A DNA stretch of 64,000 nucleotides from Candidatus Bathyarchaeota archaeon (GCA_963806535.1 CAWDYC010000011.1:1-64000); one strand, 5' to 3'. Numbered from the stretch's first letter, positions 1 through 11,122 are shown. Numbers and translations are program-made. Notes: generated by a model not told the origin, from the letters alone.

Positions 1-39
1 ACTTGCTGCATAAGTCCTGACAAGGCATCCGTCTTGGAG

Positions 40-766
40 TTAGGGGCAGTGTTGTTTGTACCAGTTGTTCATGTATGCGTTGACTATGTCTCCGTGGTAG
101 CAGTTTCTGGCTTTGTTGTAGGTGAGGATTTCTCTGTTTTTTTCGTTTAGGTTGTAGTAGGTGATTTCTGATATCATGGTTTCTTTGTCTGTGGAGTTCT
201 TTGTTTCCGTAGCTTGCAAGTTTTTGGCTTCTTCGACTGCGTTGCCCATCCAAATTACTTCGCCTACGCCGCTGCCTTTGTAACCAGCCTTCACTGCCAG
301 GGCTTTTCCATATGACATTCCTATGCCGATCGGTTATTTCTTTTAGGTTATTTTTCTTAAATTTATAATTCATTATGTCGATTAAAGTTGAAATTCTTGC
401 TGCGGTTGAAAAAACTTCGTCAACGTCCTCTTGGAACGGAGTATCGAAAACCCCCAAAACAGAATCGTCTGCGATGTTTATTTCTGCACATTTTGGGTTG
501 CCATTCATGACGGCGGTGACTTCAGAGATGAAGGCTCGGTAAAGTTTGATGTCTGCTATGTTTGTTTGAGAATTGGTCAGTTCAGGTGACTTGCGGATAT
601 CCACGCAGAGGACTGAACATTTGACGTAGAATCCGTTGGTGTAGGTTAATTCGCTGCGGGCTGGGATGCGGTCTCGTTCCTCGTAGCTGCTGTCTTGGGC
701 GGTTATTATTTGGTTGATTCTGTCAACGCTGTCTTTGACATTGTACTCTGCATGGTCAGTTTTCAT
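40..766 (-). CDS. Class III nucleotide cyclase (adenylate/guanylate cyclase domain, Pycsar PycC-like); frameshifted
   Basis: Manual translation from ATG 766: MKTDHAEYNVKDSVDRINQII..NGFYVKCSVLCVDIRKSPELT..KLYRAFISEVTAVMN..INIADDSVLGVF. An extra base near 331 shifts into IGIGMSYGKALAVKAGYKGSGVGEVIWMGNAVEEA (ORF 40..318). The metal-binding VDIR motif and GIG motif are typical of class III cyclases. Confidence 0.8.
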
Positions 767-948
767 TAAGTTTCATCTCATCTCCAGCCAGCCGATTGAT
801 ATGAGTCTTGCGCTTGCTATCGCTAAGATTCTTTCGCCTAAGGTTGTTCACTCTGGTTGTTTAAACAATTGATGAGGTTCTCTGTACTTGAGCGTTTACA
901 GCATCAGCCAACGCTTTACACGCTGCTTGCCTAGCCTCTATCGATGTG

Positions 949-1923
949 TCAGTTTCCAACTTCACTAGCTCCTTCACGCAAACTCTCCATTTGCACCATA
1001 ACAGCCTTCTTTTTTGCCTCGTAATCTTCATCTAGTTTACGTTGATCGGCGGCAAAATTCTGCTGTTCACTCTCTAGGTCATTTTTGGCAGACTTTAGGT
1101 CCAGCTTCATTTGGGGAACTTTATCGTCAGTCTTCTTTTTGAGAATTTTCCGTTTACTATTCTCTTCTACTTGGCTTAGAACCTGACGTTCCAGGTCGCG
1201 CACACGATTTGAAAGTCGTTGAAGTTCCGAGTCTTTTTCATCGCTGAGTTCTCTCGCTTTTTCAGCATACTCCTTATCGGTTTCCACAAGAAGATGATTA
1301 TGCTCAGTTAAGGCCTTCGCAACCGTAGAAATGTTTGATTCCTCCATTTTCTTCTTTGAAAGTACATTTCCAACTTCAAGAACAATCTGCGAACGATCCT
1401 TGACAAACTGCTCATCCACCTTTACTTCAGAATCAGACTCAAAATCCGAAATCACCTGATGTAGATTAGTAAGCCAAGCATCGTAGTTTTCAGAAAAAGG
1501 TGAAGTATAAAAAACCTGGGATCCAAGCTGATTTGACTTTTTAACCGTTTTCTCCGCAAGCTCTTTTACATGAACTAAATTTCTTTCTGAAACTGACTCA
1601 TCACTCGCGGGTAATTGAGGTTTTTCTGCTCCCATCAGCGCTCTTAACGAGTTGATTTCCTCCTTCAAAGCGGCGATATCACTTGCTAAGACGTTAGATT
1701 TAGCTTCCGCTATTCTTTTGAGTTCTTCTATTTCTGCCAAAAGGTTTAATTTTTCAGACTCCAAATTTTTAAGTTTATCAACTGTATTTTTAAGACTACT
1801 CACTTGAATATTCCCCCTTTCTTCTTGGGACACAATATCTTTTTTTACACTTAAAACTTTTGCATCTATGACCGGTAAACAACAACGCTGGGCTGCAAAA
1901 ACGAGGCCCAATGCGCTTAGCAT
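949..1923 (-). CDS. Coiled-coil hypothetical protein
   Basis: 324-aa ORF with E/K/L-rich heptad pattern and no Walker motifs; true start may be downstream. Confidence 0.7.
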   Translation of the reverse strand: MLSALGLVFAAQRCCLPVIDAKVLSVKKDIVSQEERGNIQVSSLKNTVDKLKNLESEKLNLLAEIEELKRIAEAKSNVLASDIAALKEEINSLRALMGAEKPQLPASDESVSERNLVHVKELAEKTVKKSNQLGSQVFYTSPFSENYDAWLTNLHQVISDFESDSEVKVDEQFVKDRSQIVLEVGNVLSKKKMEESNISTVAKALTEHNHLLVETDKEYAEKARELSDEKDSELQRLSNRVRDLERQVLSQVEENSKRKILKKKTDDKVPQMKLDLKSAKNDLESEQQNFAADQRKLDEDYEAKKKAVMVQMESLREGASEVGN

Positions 1924-2256
1924 GATTTGCCCACAAAAAATTCAAAGCCAATTACAAAATCGCTAAAATATTAACAGGTATTCTTGAACCATATAAATAA
2001 TATTTCAACAGTTTTTTTAAAAACATTGCTTTTTATAAAGAACAACATTTCAAATATAACAATTCTGATCTGATGCTAACGACAATCAAACAATTTAGCG
2101 CTATTTATGAACAGATTTATAAATAGCTATGGACAACTAGGCAAACAAATCAGTATTGAGGGAGAAGGGGAAGATCTCAAGTGAAAACAATCAAAAGAAT
2201 TAGCGCTAAGGGTATTCTTTATTGCCTCTTCTCCACAGCTGCAAATTCAGTCTCTG

Positions 2257-5200
2257 GTGAAGAAAGTGAAAAAATCTAAATTCTTAACATTAATCATTGT
2301 CACAATAATTTTCATACAGTTATTTGCATTTTCGAGTCTAATTCAAGTAAACGGTTATTCAACCTCTTTGCGAGCATCAGATTCCAATTCCCAAAATAAC
2401 ATTCAAAAAGCCACAATTGCCAGCGGTCAAAACTTGTACAGCTTTCTCAACTTGATTAATCTTAACAAACATGACATTTTTCAAAACCGCAGTGTAGATC
2501 ATATAGTCATAAGTCCAAAGAAGGCAACGATTGTTGCTGGACAATCCCAAACATATGTAGCTTTTTCATATAATAGAGCAGGACATAGTCGCGACGTTTC
2601 GACTCTTCCAGGAACAGTTTGGAGTATTGACAGTGGCGCCGGAACTTATGTTTGGACAGGCAACTCTATGCAAGTCACTAAAGAAGGCACTTGGACAGTT
2701 ACCGCAACTTACAAAGGAAAATCTGATACAGCTTCCTTAACAGTAACTCCTGCAAACTCTATTTCCCCAAACTGTGATGAACTGGATTACATCACCGCTT
2801 CCATCGATCCAACAACTGTTTCGGCACCCGACATTGTTACTGGAACGGCTACCGCATTTGACACCTCCGGAAACAGCTGGGATATAAGCAATCTGGCCAC
2901 CTGGAGCATTCTCGAAGGCAACGACGGCGGATCCTGGTCAGGAAACATTTACACGTCCAATACCGCTGGAACTTATACAGTTCGAGCTTCTCTGTGAAGG
3001 CGTGAGCACAACTGTTTCTCTGACTGTTACTCATTCCACCGACGCAGCATATCTATCATACATTACCGCTTCAATAGATCCAACAACAGTTGCAGCACCA
3101 AACATCGTAACTGGTACAGCTACTGCTTATGATACGTTTGGCAACAGCTGGGATATCAGTACGTTGGCAACTTGGAGCATTCCTGCTGGTGGTGACGGCG
3201 GTTCATGGTTAAACAATGTTTACGCTTCGAATATGGCAGGAGATTACAATGTTCAAGCTGTTTACGAAGACAAAGTTGCTTCTGCAAGTTTGACCGTTAC
3301 CCACGCAACCGACGAAGCTTATCTCACCTACATTACTGCTTCGATGAATCCAAATAATGTCGCCGCACCCAACATAGCGATTGGTACGGCAACGGCTTAT
3401 GACTCATTTGGAAATAGTTGGGACATAAGTACCATTGCCATGTGGTCTATCCAGGCTGGAGGAGATGGAGGCTCTTGGTCTGGAAATATTTACACATCAC
3501 AAGTAGCTGGCACTTATACGGTACAAGCAGCATATCTTAGCAAAACTGCTACTGCCGAGCTAACTGTCACCCATGCAACAGGCCAAGCTTATCTTGACCA
3601 CATTTCCATCGCACCTAAAATAGCCACAGTAAATGCTGGCATTTCACAAGCATACACTGCCACTGCATATGACATATTCGGTAACAACTGGAGCGTAACC
3701 GCAGTTTACAGCAGTATGAATTCAAGCGTTACTGTAACTGGTAACTTAGCATACTCAAATTTCACCGGTAGCTATCCACTGAAAGGAACTTACAATGGAC
3801 TATCTGATACTGCTACATTAACAGTTACTGGGCACTTACCGAACATTGCCTCTATTGCGGTATCGCCCAAAACAGCTTTGATTTTAGCCGGAGCAACTCA
3901 AACTTTCACTGCTGCTGCTTCAGATGGGTACAACACATGGGACGTTACTAGCATAGTTACATGGAGCATCGACAGCGCCGCAGGCGGTTCTTGGAATCTA
4001 AATAAATACACTTCGGCCTACAATGGGACTTGGACAGTAAAGGCAACTCTTGGAACACTTTCAGACTCTGCAACTTTGACTGTAATAGCAAATTCAGGGC
4101 TGTTAAACCATATAGTCATCAGTCCAAAGACATCGTCGGTTGCTGCAGGAATACCGGAAAAGTTTACGGCCACAGCCTATGATCTATTTGGCAATAGCTT
4201 AGGAGATGTTTCTTCGCTAACAACCTTTAGTTGTCTTGGGGCTACAGTAACGGGAAACTCTATTAAAACAAATAATGTTGGTTCCTACATTGTTACAGCA
4301 AATTACACTGGATTAGCTGATGTCGGAAGTTTAACGGTTACTGGTTACGTCGTAACTTTCACTGAGAGCGGATTGAAGACCGGAACAAGTTGGAACGTAA
4401 CTTTCGGAGGCCAAAACTACTCTTCTATAACTAGCACGATATTCGTCAGTAATTTATCAGCACAAAGCTATACATGGAACACTTCAAACAACATTCAAAA
4501 CGGCCAAACAAGATACATTCCAGGTCAAATATCCGGCAGTTTTTCAGTTCCAAGCCAAGTGGCACAGAACATAGTCTATTCGACGCAATACTTGGTCACC
4601 TATGCAACGACTGGAAATTTCTTATCTGTCTCAGTTACAGCAAGCGAGTGGGTTAACTCAGGCGGCAAAATTACCGGTTTATTCCCTACTCAAGTCATTA
4701 ACGGACTTCAGGATACACGATGCAACTTCCTAAGCGATAACCGTTCAGCAACCATTTCCCAGCCAACGACAATTACAGGAACCTACCAAACCCAATATTA
4801 CCTAACAGTATCCACACAACACAGCACAGCAGGCGGAACAGGCTGGTACAACGACGGAAGTACAGCAACAGCGTCAGTGGATAGCGGAACGATCGCAGAC
4901 GTAGGCGGAACAAAATACTTATTTAGCTTCTGGACGGGCGATGCTTCAGGCTCGAGCACTTCAAGCAACGATATAACTATGAGTGGCCCAAAAACAGCAA
5001 CAGCAAACTGGAAAACACAATACTACCTTTCCACGTCGACATCATATGGCACAGTTAGTGGTGCAGGATGGTATGACAGCGGTTCAACAGCTACCGCAAC
5101 TTTATCTTCTAGCTCTCTTTCCGGAGGAAAAAACATCCAGCATGCCTTCAAGGCGTGGAGCGGTGACGCATCAGGAACAGCCCTTACATCCATTATTTTG

Positions 5201-5851
5201 ATGACTAGCCCCAAAACAGCTTCAGCTTCATGGAACACACAATACATGGTAACTTACTCTGTAACTGGCAATGCTCTAACAATAACTCTCCCTTCTAACG
5301 AATGGGTTAGTTCTGGATCGACCGCACACGGCAACTTTGTCCCTTCAACGGTAAATTCTAGTAACGATACCCAATGCCTATTCCTAAACGACAACAGAAC
5401 CTCATTCATTACATCACCCACAACAATAATCGGAAACTATCAAACACAATACAAAGTGACATTCAACCAAACAGGGATAGAATCAGACGCTAAGGGAACC
5501 ATACTAACAATCTCAGGTATGCCAGAAGTCTACTCGGAAGTTGCACATACCACATGGGTTGACAAAGGCACCCAACTCATTTTCAGCTTCAATGTCTCAG
5601 TGCCATCCACTATAGCCAACAAACAGTACACGCTATCAAGCGTTAACGTCGATTCGCCAATAATAATCAACAAACCAACATTAATCCAAGGCAACTACCA
5701 AGCTGAATACAGCACGAGTTTATACGCCGTTGTGGAAGTTCTGTTAATCATTCTTGCCATCTTTATAGCTGTCGTCTCAGCTGCGAGATACCGAAGCCAA
5801 AGAATTAAAAAGCAACAAAATCTAAACGAACCTGCGTATTTCAGCAAATAA
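2257..5851 (+). CDS. Large membrane-anchored surface protein with Ig-like (Big_2-type) and beta-rich WYD repeats; frameshift near 2995
   Basis: N-terminal signal peptide; repeated YITASIDPTTVxAP..TATAYDxFGNSWD..GGSWSGNIYTS modules continue across ORFs 2257..2997 and 3002..5851; C-terminal TM helix plus basic tail. Confidence 0.85.
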
Positions 5852-6023
5852 CACAATCTTTCTTTTCTTTGCAACCAAAAAAAATAAGATAGAACAAGAA
5901 AAGTCAAAAATGCGCAAGACTAGGGAAAAATAAAAGTCAATCAAGAGAAGAGAATAAGTCACTTAACAAATGGCGGATCGCTTCTTGGAAAACAGTTTTC
6001 CTGACTGCGTCATCGCCTTGCAT

Positions 6024-6137
6024 TTACCGAATTTTTTCGTTCTTTTTCACAATTTGTTTATAAGAAATGAAATAATCCAGCAATCTGGCTGCTTCTTCAT
6101 TTTCGAATACAGCCTTTGATTCTTGCATTTTAGTCAT
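6024..6137 (-). CDS. Possible small hypothetical protein (MTKMQESKAVFENEEAARLLDYFISYK...)
   Basis: Short ORF preceded by a CAGGAGAA RBS-like sequence; no recognisable domain. Confidence 0.3.
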   Translation of the reverse strand: MTKMQESKAVFENEEAARLLDYFISYKQIVKKNEKIR

Positions 6138-6380
6138 TTCTCCTGTGCAGAATTCGTATTATCTTTAGCAAGCATAAAGCATTTCATAATACCTACGTAT
6201 ATCGCTCACTAGTCGAAACTAAAAAAACCATCTTAAACAAACAAAATTAGTTTCAAGAAAGAAGGAAATAGGCCTTAAAATATACATAAACAAGTTAAAA
6301 ATCCAAGAAATTTTTAATGAACAGAAAGCCGTGGTAGTTTTAACTTTAAGCTATTTGCGATTTAGGCGAATGGTAACGTC

Positions 6381-6513
6381 ATTTTTTTCTCTGAGTTTTA
6401 GGTTGCTTTTCTGATTTAGGCTTTGGTTTGTTTGCAGGTTGCGTCAAAATTCGTCAAAAAAGTCAAATTAAGTGAAGAAAAGTTCAGGCCTAAATTATTG
6501 AAGTGGAGTTCAA
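6381..6513 (+). repeat. Dispersed element copy A (T-tract arm, junction, about 5 phased repeats, remnant of AbrB-like gene)
   Basis: TTTGCAGGTTGCGTC at 6431-6445; GT cores at 6443, 6453, 6462, 6472, 6482; 6478-6513 resembles 63784-63821. Confidence 0.85.
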
Positions 6514-6521
6514 CGGCACAT

Positions 6522-6681
6522 AATTTTTTTGCTGCACATTTTGTTCTTTGTGTTTCAGTTTGGTTTTTTGGTTTGGGGTTTGGGTTAGTTGCAGGACGCG
6601 TCACTATAAGTCACTAGAAGTCATAGGAAGTCACCAAAAGTCACTACGCGTCATAAAAAGTCACAGAAAGTCACAAAAAGA
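6522..6681 (+). repeat. Dispersed element copy B with 8 x 10-bp GTCA repeats
   Basis: GTTGCAGGACGCGTC junction at 6588-6602; GTCA exactly every 10 bp from 6600 to 6670. Confidence 0.95.
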
Positions 6682-6729
6682 CCCTCCCAGCTCTTAAGTC
6701 TTGAAAATCTCCACAGCACCTAACAAGAA

Positions 6730-6921
6730 TTATTTTGAATCCCGATCAGATTCGCCCCAATCCAAATCCTGCAGCTCAACAGCGCTAAGCTGCCTATCCG
6801 CGCCCACCTTAAGTTCAGTTCCACAGTCAGGACACTGAATAGTTTCGCCAGGCTGAGCATACAGCAAAAAATCTGGCTTATTAGAAAAATCAAACCCACA
6901 CTCAGGACACTTCTCACCCAT
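6730..6921 (-). CDS. lysW: LysW/ArgW-like amino-group carrier protein with apparent C-terminal extension
   Basis: CPECG..CPDCG zinc knuckles and acidic tail LQDLDWGE followed by SDRDSK; GAGGGTGG RBS-like site upstream. Confidence 0.7.
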   Translation of the reverse strand: MGEKCPECGFDFSNKPDFLLYAQPGETIQCPDCGTELKVGADRQLSAVELQDLDWGESDRDSK

Positions 6922-7020
6922 ACGCTACCACCCTCGAAATCCAATCAAGACCACATATGCAACAAACACAAATCACTTTAATCCAATAAATAATTTTGTC
7001 CATCACCGGTGAGATACGAG

Positions 7021-7150
7021 TTTTGTTTTTTCTGCAATTTGTTCTTTGTGTTTTGGACTGCTTTTTTGGTTCAGGGTTTGATGCGTTTGCAGGTTGCGGT
7101 CTAAAAAGGTCCAGCACAGTTTAAAAAGGTCTGAAAAGGTCCGTTAAGGT
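7021..7150 (+). repeat. Dispersed element copy C with 6 x 10-bp AAAGGT-type repeats
   Basis: TTTGCAGGTTGCGGTC at 7086-7101; GT at 7099, 7109, 7119, 7129, 7139, 7149. Confidence 0.9.
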
Positions 7151-7485
7151 TGCCACTAAATCAAAATGTAATTTATGAAACAGCACTTCAAAAACGGGGT
7201 ATTCAATATACAATCCTTTGACGTAAGCAACTTTTCGAATAAGCTTGTAGAAAATGTCAAATAATGTCAATTCCTATAGATTGTGTCAAAAGAAGTATCA
7301 ATTGCAAATGATTCAAGCTTGGATTCAGAAAAGCACCCAAATTTTGCAAATACTCTTCACATTGAAAAATTAGATATAGAAAAGCCTTTTTTTTCTCAAT
7401 ATTTCTTTTAATATTGATTTTGAATTCATAAGTGACTTATATATTCACAATCATACTTGCCGCTAAGAATCAGGAAGGAAATAAA

Positions 7486-7710
7486 ATGAAACAAAAAACA
7501 AGCAAAAACAGGAAGCAACTAAAAAATAAAATGACAGAAGCCTTAAGCAGCAACATCAAAACACTCTCAACTGAAATGCAAGAAATACTAGTAGATGATC
7601 TTATTACTGCATTCGAAAACAGATATGAAGTATTAAGCGAGGCACAGTTAAACCTGCATTGCTTCGCAAACATAGGAGTGAAGGTTCCAAATGCGACGAT
7701 CAAAGCTTGA
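7486..7710 (+). CDS. Small helical hypothetical protein
   Basis: ATG 7486 after GGAAGGA; overlaps the start of the downstream wHTH gene, suggesting an operon. Confidence 0.6.
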   Translation: MKQKTSKNRKQLKNKMTEALSSNIKTLSTEMQEILVDDLITAFENRYEVLSEAQLNLHCFANIGVKVPNATIKA

Positions 7711-7984
7711 AATGTACGTAGACATTCTCCAGGTATTAGCACTCAAAGGACCATTAAAACTAACACATATAATGTACAAATCAAACGTTAACTGCAAAGT
7801 CCTAAAATCTCAATTAGACTTCCTAATGAAAAACGGATTAGTAGAAGAGAGAATTCTTCGAAGAGAAAAAGTAGTCTACGCTATTACACAAAAAGGCATC
7901 TCAACGCTGAAAGCATTTACTCAGATAAAACAAGTATTTCCTATTGAGGAAAAACAAGTCAGACAAGTGCCTTTTCTCTACTAA
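7691..7984 (+). CDS. Winged helix-turn-helix transcription regulator (HTH_45/DUF4364-like)
   Basis: MRRSKLEMYVDILQVL..LTHIMYKSNVN..LDFLMKNGLV..YAITQKG pattern. Confidence 0.85.
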   Translation: MRRSKLEMYVDILQVLALKGPLKLTHIMYKSNVNCKVLKSQLDFLMKNGLVEERILRREKVVYAITQKGISTLKAFTQIKQVFPIEEKQVRQVPFLY

Positions 7985-8192
7985 ACATTTTCATTTTTTA
8001 AATAAGTCCAAAACCAGCGATTACCGTATTTCTTTTTAATTTTTTCTGTACAGTTTGATTGGTTTGCTTACACGCAATTGATATTAATCGAAAGTCGATC
8101 TTCGAGCCAAACTTAAACTCAGCTTTTAACTTTAAACCGCATAATGTTCTCTGTCTTTTGAAGATCTTTGCGCTATATTGAATTGCAAATGT

Positions 8193-8535
8193 TCATCTCG
8201 TTGATTGATTGTTTTCTGTTCCTATGATTCTGCAAATTGTTTTCAGTGAACCGGTTGTGTATTCAAGCAAAGATTTTCCCTCACCAGTTAATGAATAGAC
8301 TTTTTTTGGTCGCTCTCCATTCATGTTCCATTGACATTTTATGAAGTTCTTCTTTTCCATAGTGTTCAGTGTGGGGTATATTGTGCTTGCTCCAAAACTT
8401 ACTCCGTAGAATTTGCGTATTGTTACTATCAGTTCATAACCGTGCATTGGATGAGTTGTCGAGTAATTGGAGGATGATTAGGTCTAATAGGCCTTTTGTG
8501 AGTTTTGTTTGGATGTTTTTGTGTACTATGCTCAT
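8193..8535 (-). CDS. PadR-family transcription regulator; frameshift near 8450
   Basis: MSIVHKNIQTKLTKGLLDLIILQLL from ATG 8535 joins MHGYELI..GASTIYPTL..RPKKVYSLTGEG. Confidence 0.85.
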
Positions 8536-8808
8536 TTTTTTTCTTCCTGTATTTTTGTTGTGCAGGTGTACAATATGTCCGTTATCAGACCTATTGCCAC
8601 ATGAATCTCAATATACAATAAAGCACCATATAAAACCTGCGACATACCATAAGCATATCAAAACACAACAAAAAAGCCAACCGAGAAACACAACAAAAAA
8701 CAAGCAAACAACCATTAAAAAACTACGTAAAAAGCGCCAACCTATACAACAAAAAAGAACTGTACAACACAAATACACAAAAAAATAAACTAAAAATGCA
8801 CAAATTAA

Positions 8809-9005
8809 TTAGAAATTTTCAATATGCTGCCTTAATGATTCAACGTAAGCCTCAAAACTCAAATTTGGTCTTTCCAGCAAATAATTAAATGAAGGAACCT
8901 CCTGCTTCAAAGCTTTCATGATAGCAAGTTCAAGGAGAAATGCAACTGGCCAAAAATTTTTTCAAGTCCAGCAACAAAATCCCCTACTTTGTCAGGAATT
9001 TCTTC
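8809..9005 (-). pseudogene. Fragment of NitrOD5-like helical domain gene
   Basis: EIPDKVGDFVAGLEKIFG / FLLELAIMKALKQEVPSF..LSFEAYVESLRQHIENF* resembles the C-terminal half of 43794..44354; upstream part has stops. Confidence 0.5.
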
Positions 9006-9842
9006 TTACTTTTTGGAATATGCCGAAAATCGATACATACAAAAAAGGTCTAAATTACCAACGATTTTTGCATTTAAAGCCAAGTTTGCAACATATTGCC
9101 TTTTACGAATATATCTTTTGCAGCTAAGCCCAACTTTTGGATATTTGACGAGCAAAGAGAAGGCTTCTCTCTCAGGAAGAGATGGAGCACCCAATCATTT
9201 TGTTTTAATTTAAAATGATTATCTATCGAAATTAACAGAACGAAAAAACGTTTAAATGTCTTTAAGAAGAAGCTTGTTTTTTAGTTGTTACAAAATACAA
9301 TCGATTATTCATATTGGTTTTCGTTCCGTTTTTTCTAGACAAAAATTCTTTCACTGGAGCTTTACCCTCAAGAACTAAGTAAGCCAGTTTCGCCAACTCA
9401 AAGTATTGTTGATCTTCTTCCATCCGCTTAGCTTTTGATCTCTACGGCAACAATGAGGGGCTCTCTTATGAATCTAGCTCCAATGAATCAAGGATGCAAC
9501 CTTGGGAGCGATAAAAAGCTTGTTTTGATTCTTACCTTACCGTCAATTGCATGGTGTGCAAAATAGTTGGCTGTTGTCTGCAGATGTCATATTTAAGAAA
9601 CATTATTCTGAATACGAAGCTGCAATTAGTAATATTTTGCAAGATATCGAGATTCCAACCTTATCGGGGCTTGCATACAAATTGATCTTCTAAACCTGCA
9701 GGTTACCGTTTCGTACTTGTTTGAACATTCATGAAAGGAACAGCACAATATTAATCAGAATTATCAGCATTTTAGCCCGGAGACGAAATTATTAACTAAA
9801 TTGCTAAAGAAAAAAGAGTTAGAGACTATTTAGACTTCATTT

Positions 9843-10322
9843 CTATTGTGTCCCGGTTATTGTAATTTGAACGCTGAAGTTCGTGATATCAACTATCGAC
9901 GGCGATGCACTTAGTGTGAGGTTCGCTGCTATTGATTGACCCGGAATGAGTCTTGTTGTGTCTCTGTTCCAAGAAATACTTATAGGTCCATTTGCCGTTG
10001 TTGGATTCCAACTAGAAGTCGTCATGCTTAATGCCAGCGAAACACCAGTGCCAGTGTTTTTGATATATACAGTGCGCGTTATGTTTGCACCCGGCGTTAT
10101 GTTGCCCCAGTCAATGGTTGATAACGTATTTTGGCAATTGTTGTCTGAGAATACACCAAGGTTTGCTGAAACATTTACTGCGCCAGTTGCAGAAAGATTT
10201 TGGGTTGTACTTAAGGCTGCGTAGGTTGTGTATGTTAATGCGATTGCTATTACTATTAAGACAATTACAATTGCAGTTCCGTAATTAATTGTTTTTAATT
10301 TTGTTAACCCCATGTTTAGCAC
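9843..10322 (-). CDS. Secreted TasA/camelysin-like small fibre-forming protein candidate
   Basis: Hydrophobic leader ending TYTTYAAL (SipW-type-like); WGNITPGANITRTVYIKNTG resembles the TasA/CalY PG..KNTG motif. Confidence 0.55.
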   Translation of the reverse strand: MLNMGLTKLKTINYGTAIVIVLIVIAIALTYTTYAALSTTQNLSATGAVNVSANLGVFSDNNCQNTLSTIDWGNITPGANITRTVYIKNTGTGVSLALSMTTSSWNPTTANGPISISWNRDTTRLIPGQSIAANLTLSASPSIVDITNFSVQITITGTQ

Positions 10323-10465
10323 ATCTTAAGTCTTAATTTATAATATAAACTTAAAAGCCTTACTAAGAAAGAGCATAACAGAACAATAGTAGAACAAAAA
10401 TACAGAGTACAACGCTTCAATAAATGTTGCTCAGCACCTAACTCTCGCGCTATTACAAATTGGAC

Positions 10466-11122
10466 TTAATCTAGCGGAACTAGTTTGTCCAGAGGTCTTT
10501 GTCGCTGGCTGAATTTGTTTTCCCTAAGCAACCCTGTTGTTGCAAAGATTGAAGCCAACACAAATACACTAACCACTATAGCGCTTAAATCAAGGTGAAA
10601 CGGAGAATAATACAGAGCTAAACCAACTATAGAGACGAGTGCAATGCTTAGCGCAACGCTCAAAGCGGCTTTTTCAATCATTTCAATGCTCTTTACCGAT
10701 GCATCTTCAACAGTACGGGGAAAAAAAGCTCTTATGAAAGCATAGCCTGGAAGGAAAAAAACCAAAATTAGACCTAATACATTTCGGGCATAAATCCAAG
10801 GATATGCATTCTGAGGAATTGTAAAAACCAAAACGACGGCAACCGCGCCTAGAGCAATCGTTAACAAGTACCAGAGAGAGCGACTGAGGTTATAACTTGA
10901 GTAACTTCTCTCTGCTTCAAGCCTTAAGATTCCTTCATCTTGAAGCTTAATTATTTGAGCCAGGATATCCTTTTCTTGAATGTCAACGATGTCCTTGAGG
11001 ATATTAACAAGCTGTTCAACGGATTTAGGTTTCCTTTCGCTGATTACATTAAGTATTATTTGTGTAAAAGCATTGTCTCTTGAATCATTGCTCAAGCGGT
11101 TAGCCTTAGGTAGGACATACAA
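10466..11122 (-). CDS. DUF1616-like membrane protein with N-terminal wHTH-like segment
   Basis: RNVLGLILVFFLPGYAFIRAFFP..IEKAALSVALSIALVSIVGLALYYSPF signature. Confidence 0.8.
   Translation of the reverse strand: MYVLPKANRLSNDSRDNAFTQIILNVISERKPKSVEQLVNILKDIVDIQEKDILAQIIKLQDEGILRLEAERSYSSYNLSRSLWYLLTIALGAVAVVLVFTIPQNAYPWIYARNVLGLILVFFLPGYAFIRAFFPRTVEDASVKSIEMIEKAALSVALSIALVSIVGLALYYSPFHLDLSAIVVSVFVLASIFATTGLLRENKFSQRQRPLDKLVPLD

Noticed and set aside
949-1923. SMC/Rad50 or ESCRT-III homolog
   Set aside because: Only generic coiled-coil character; no ATPase motifs or recognisable Snf7 pattern.
5895-5965. Scattered AAGTCA (and ATGTCAA at 7250-7290) as further element copies
   Set aside because: No junction motif and no sustained 10-bp phase.
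6600-6680. 10-bp arrays as CRISPR or mini-CRISPR
   Set aside because: Period is only 10 bp, there are no 25-45 bp repeats with unique spacers, and no cas genes are present.
6416-7117. ORFs 6416..6604, 6423..6617 and 6914..7117 as a small-protein family (QPANxxKPK)
   Set aside because: They are translations of the repeat arm; starts, lengths and frames are not conserved among the seven copies.
8369-8788. 139-aa + strand ORF
   Set aside because: Antisense to PadR and running into an A-tract region; the K/Q/T-rich tail is a compositional artefact.
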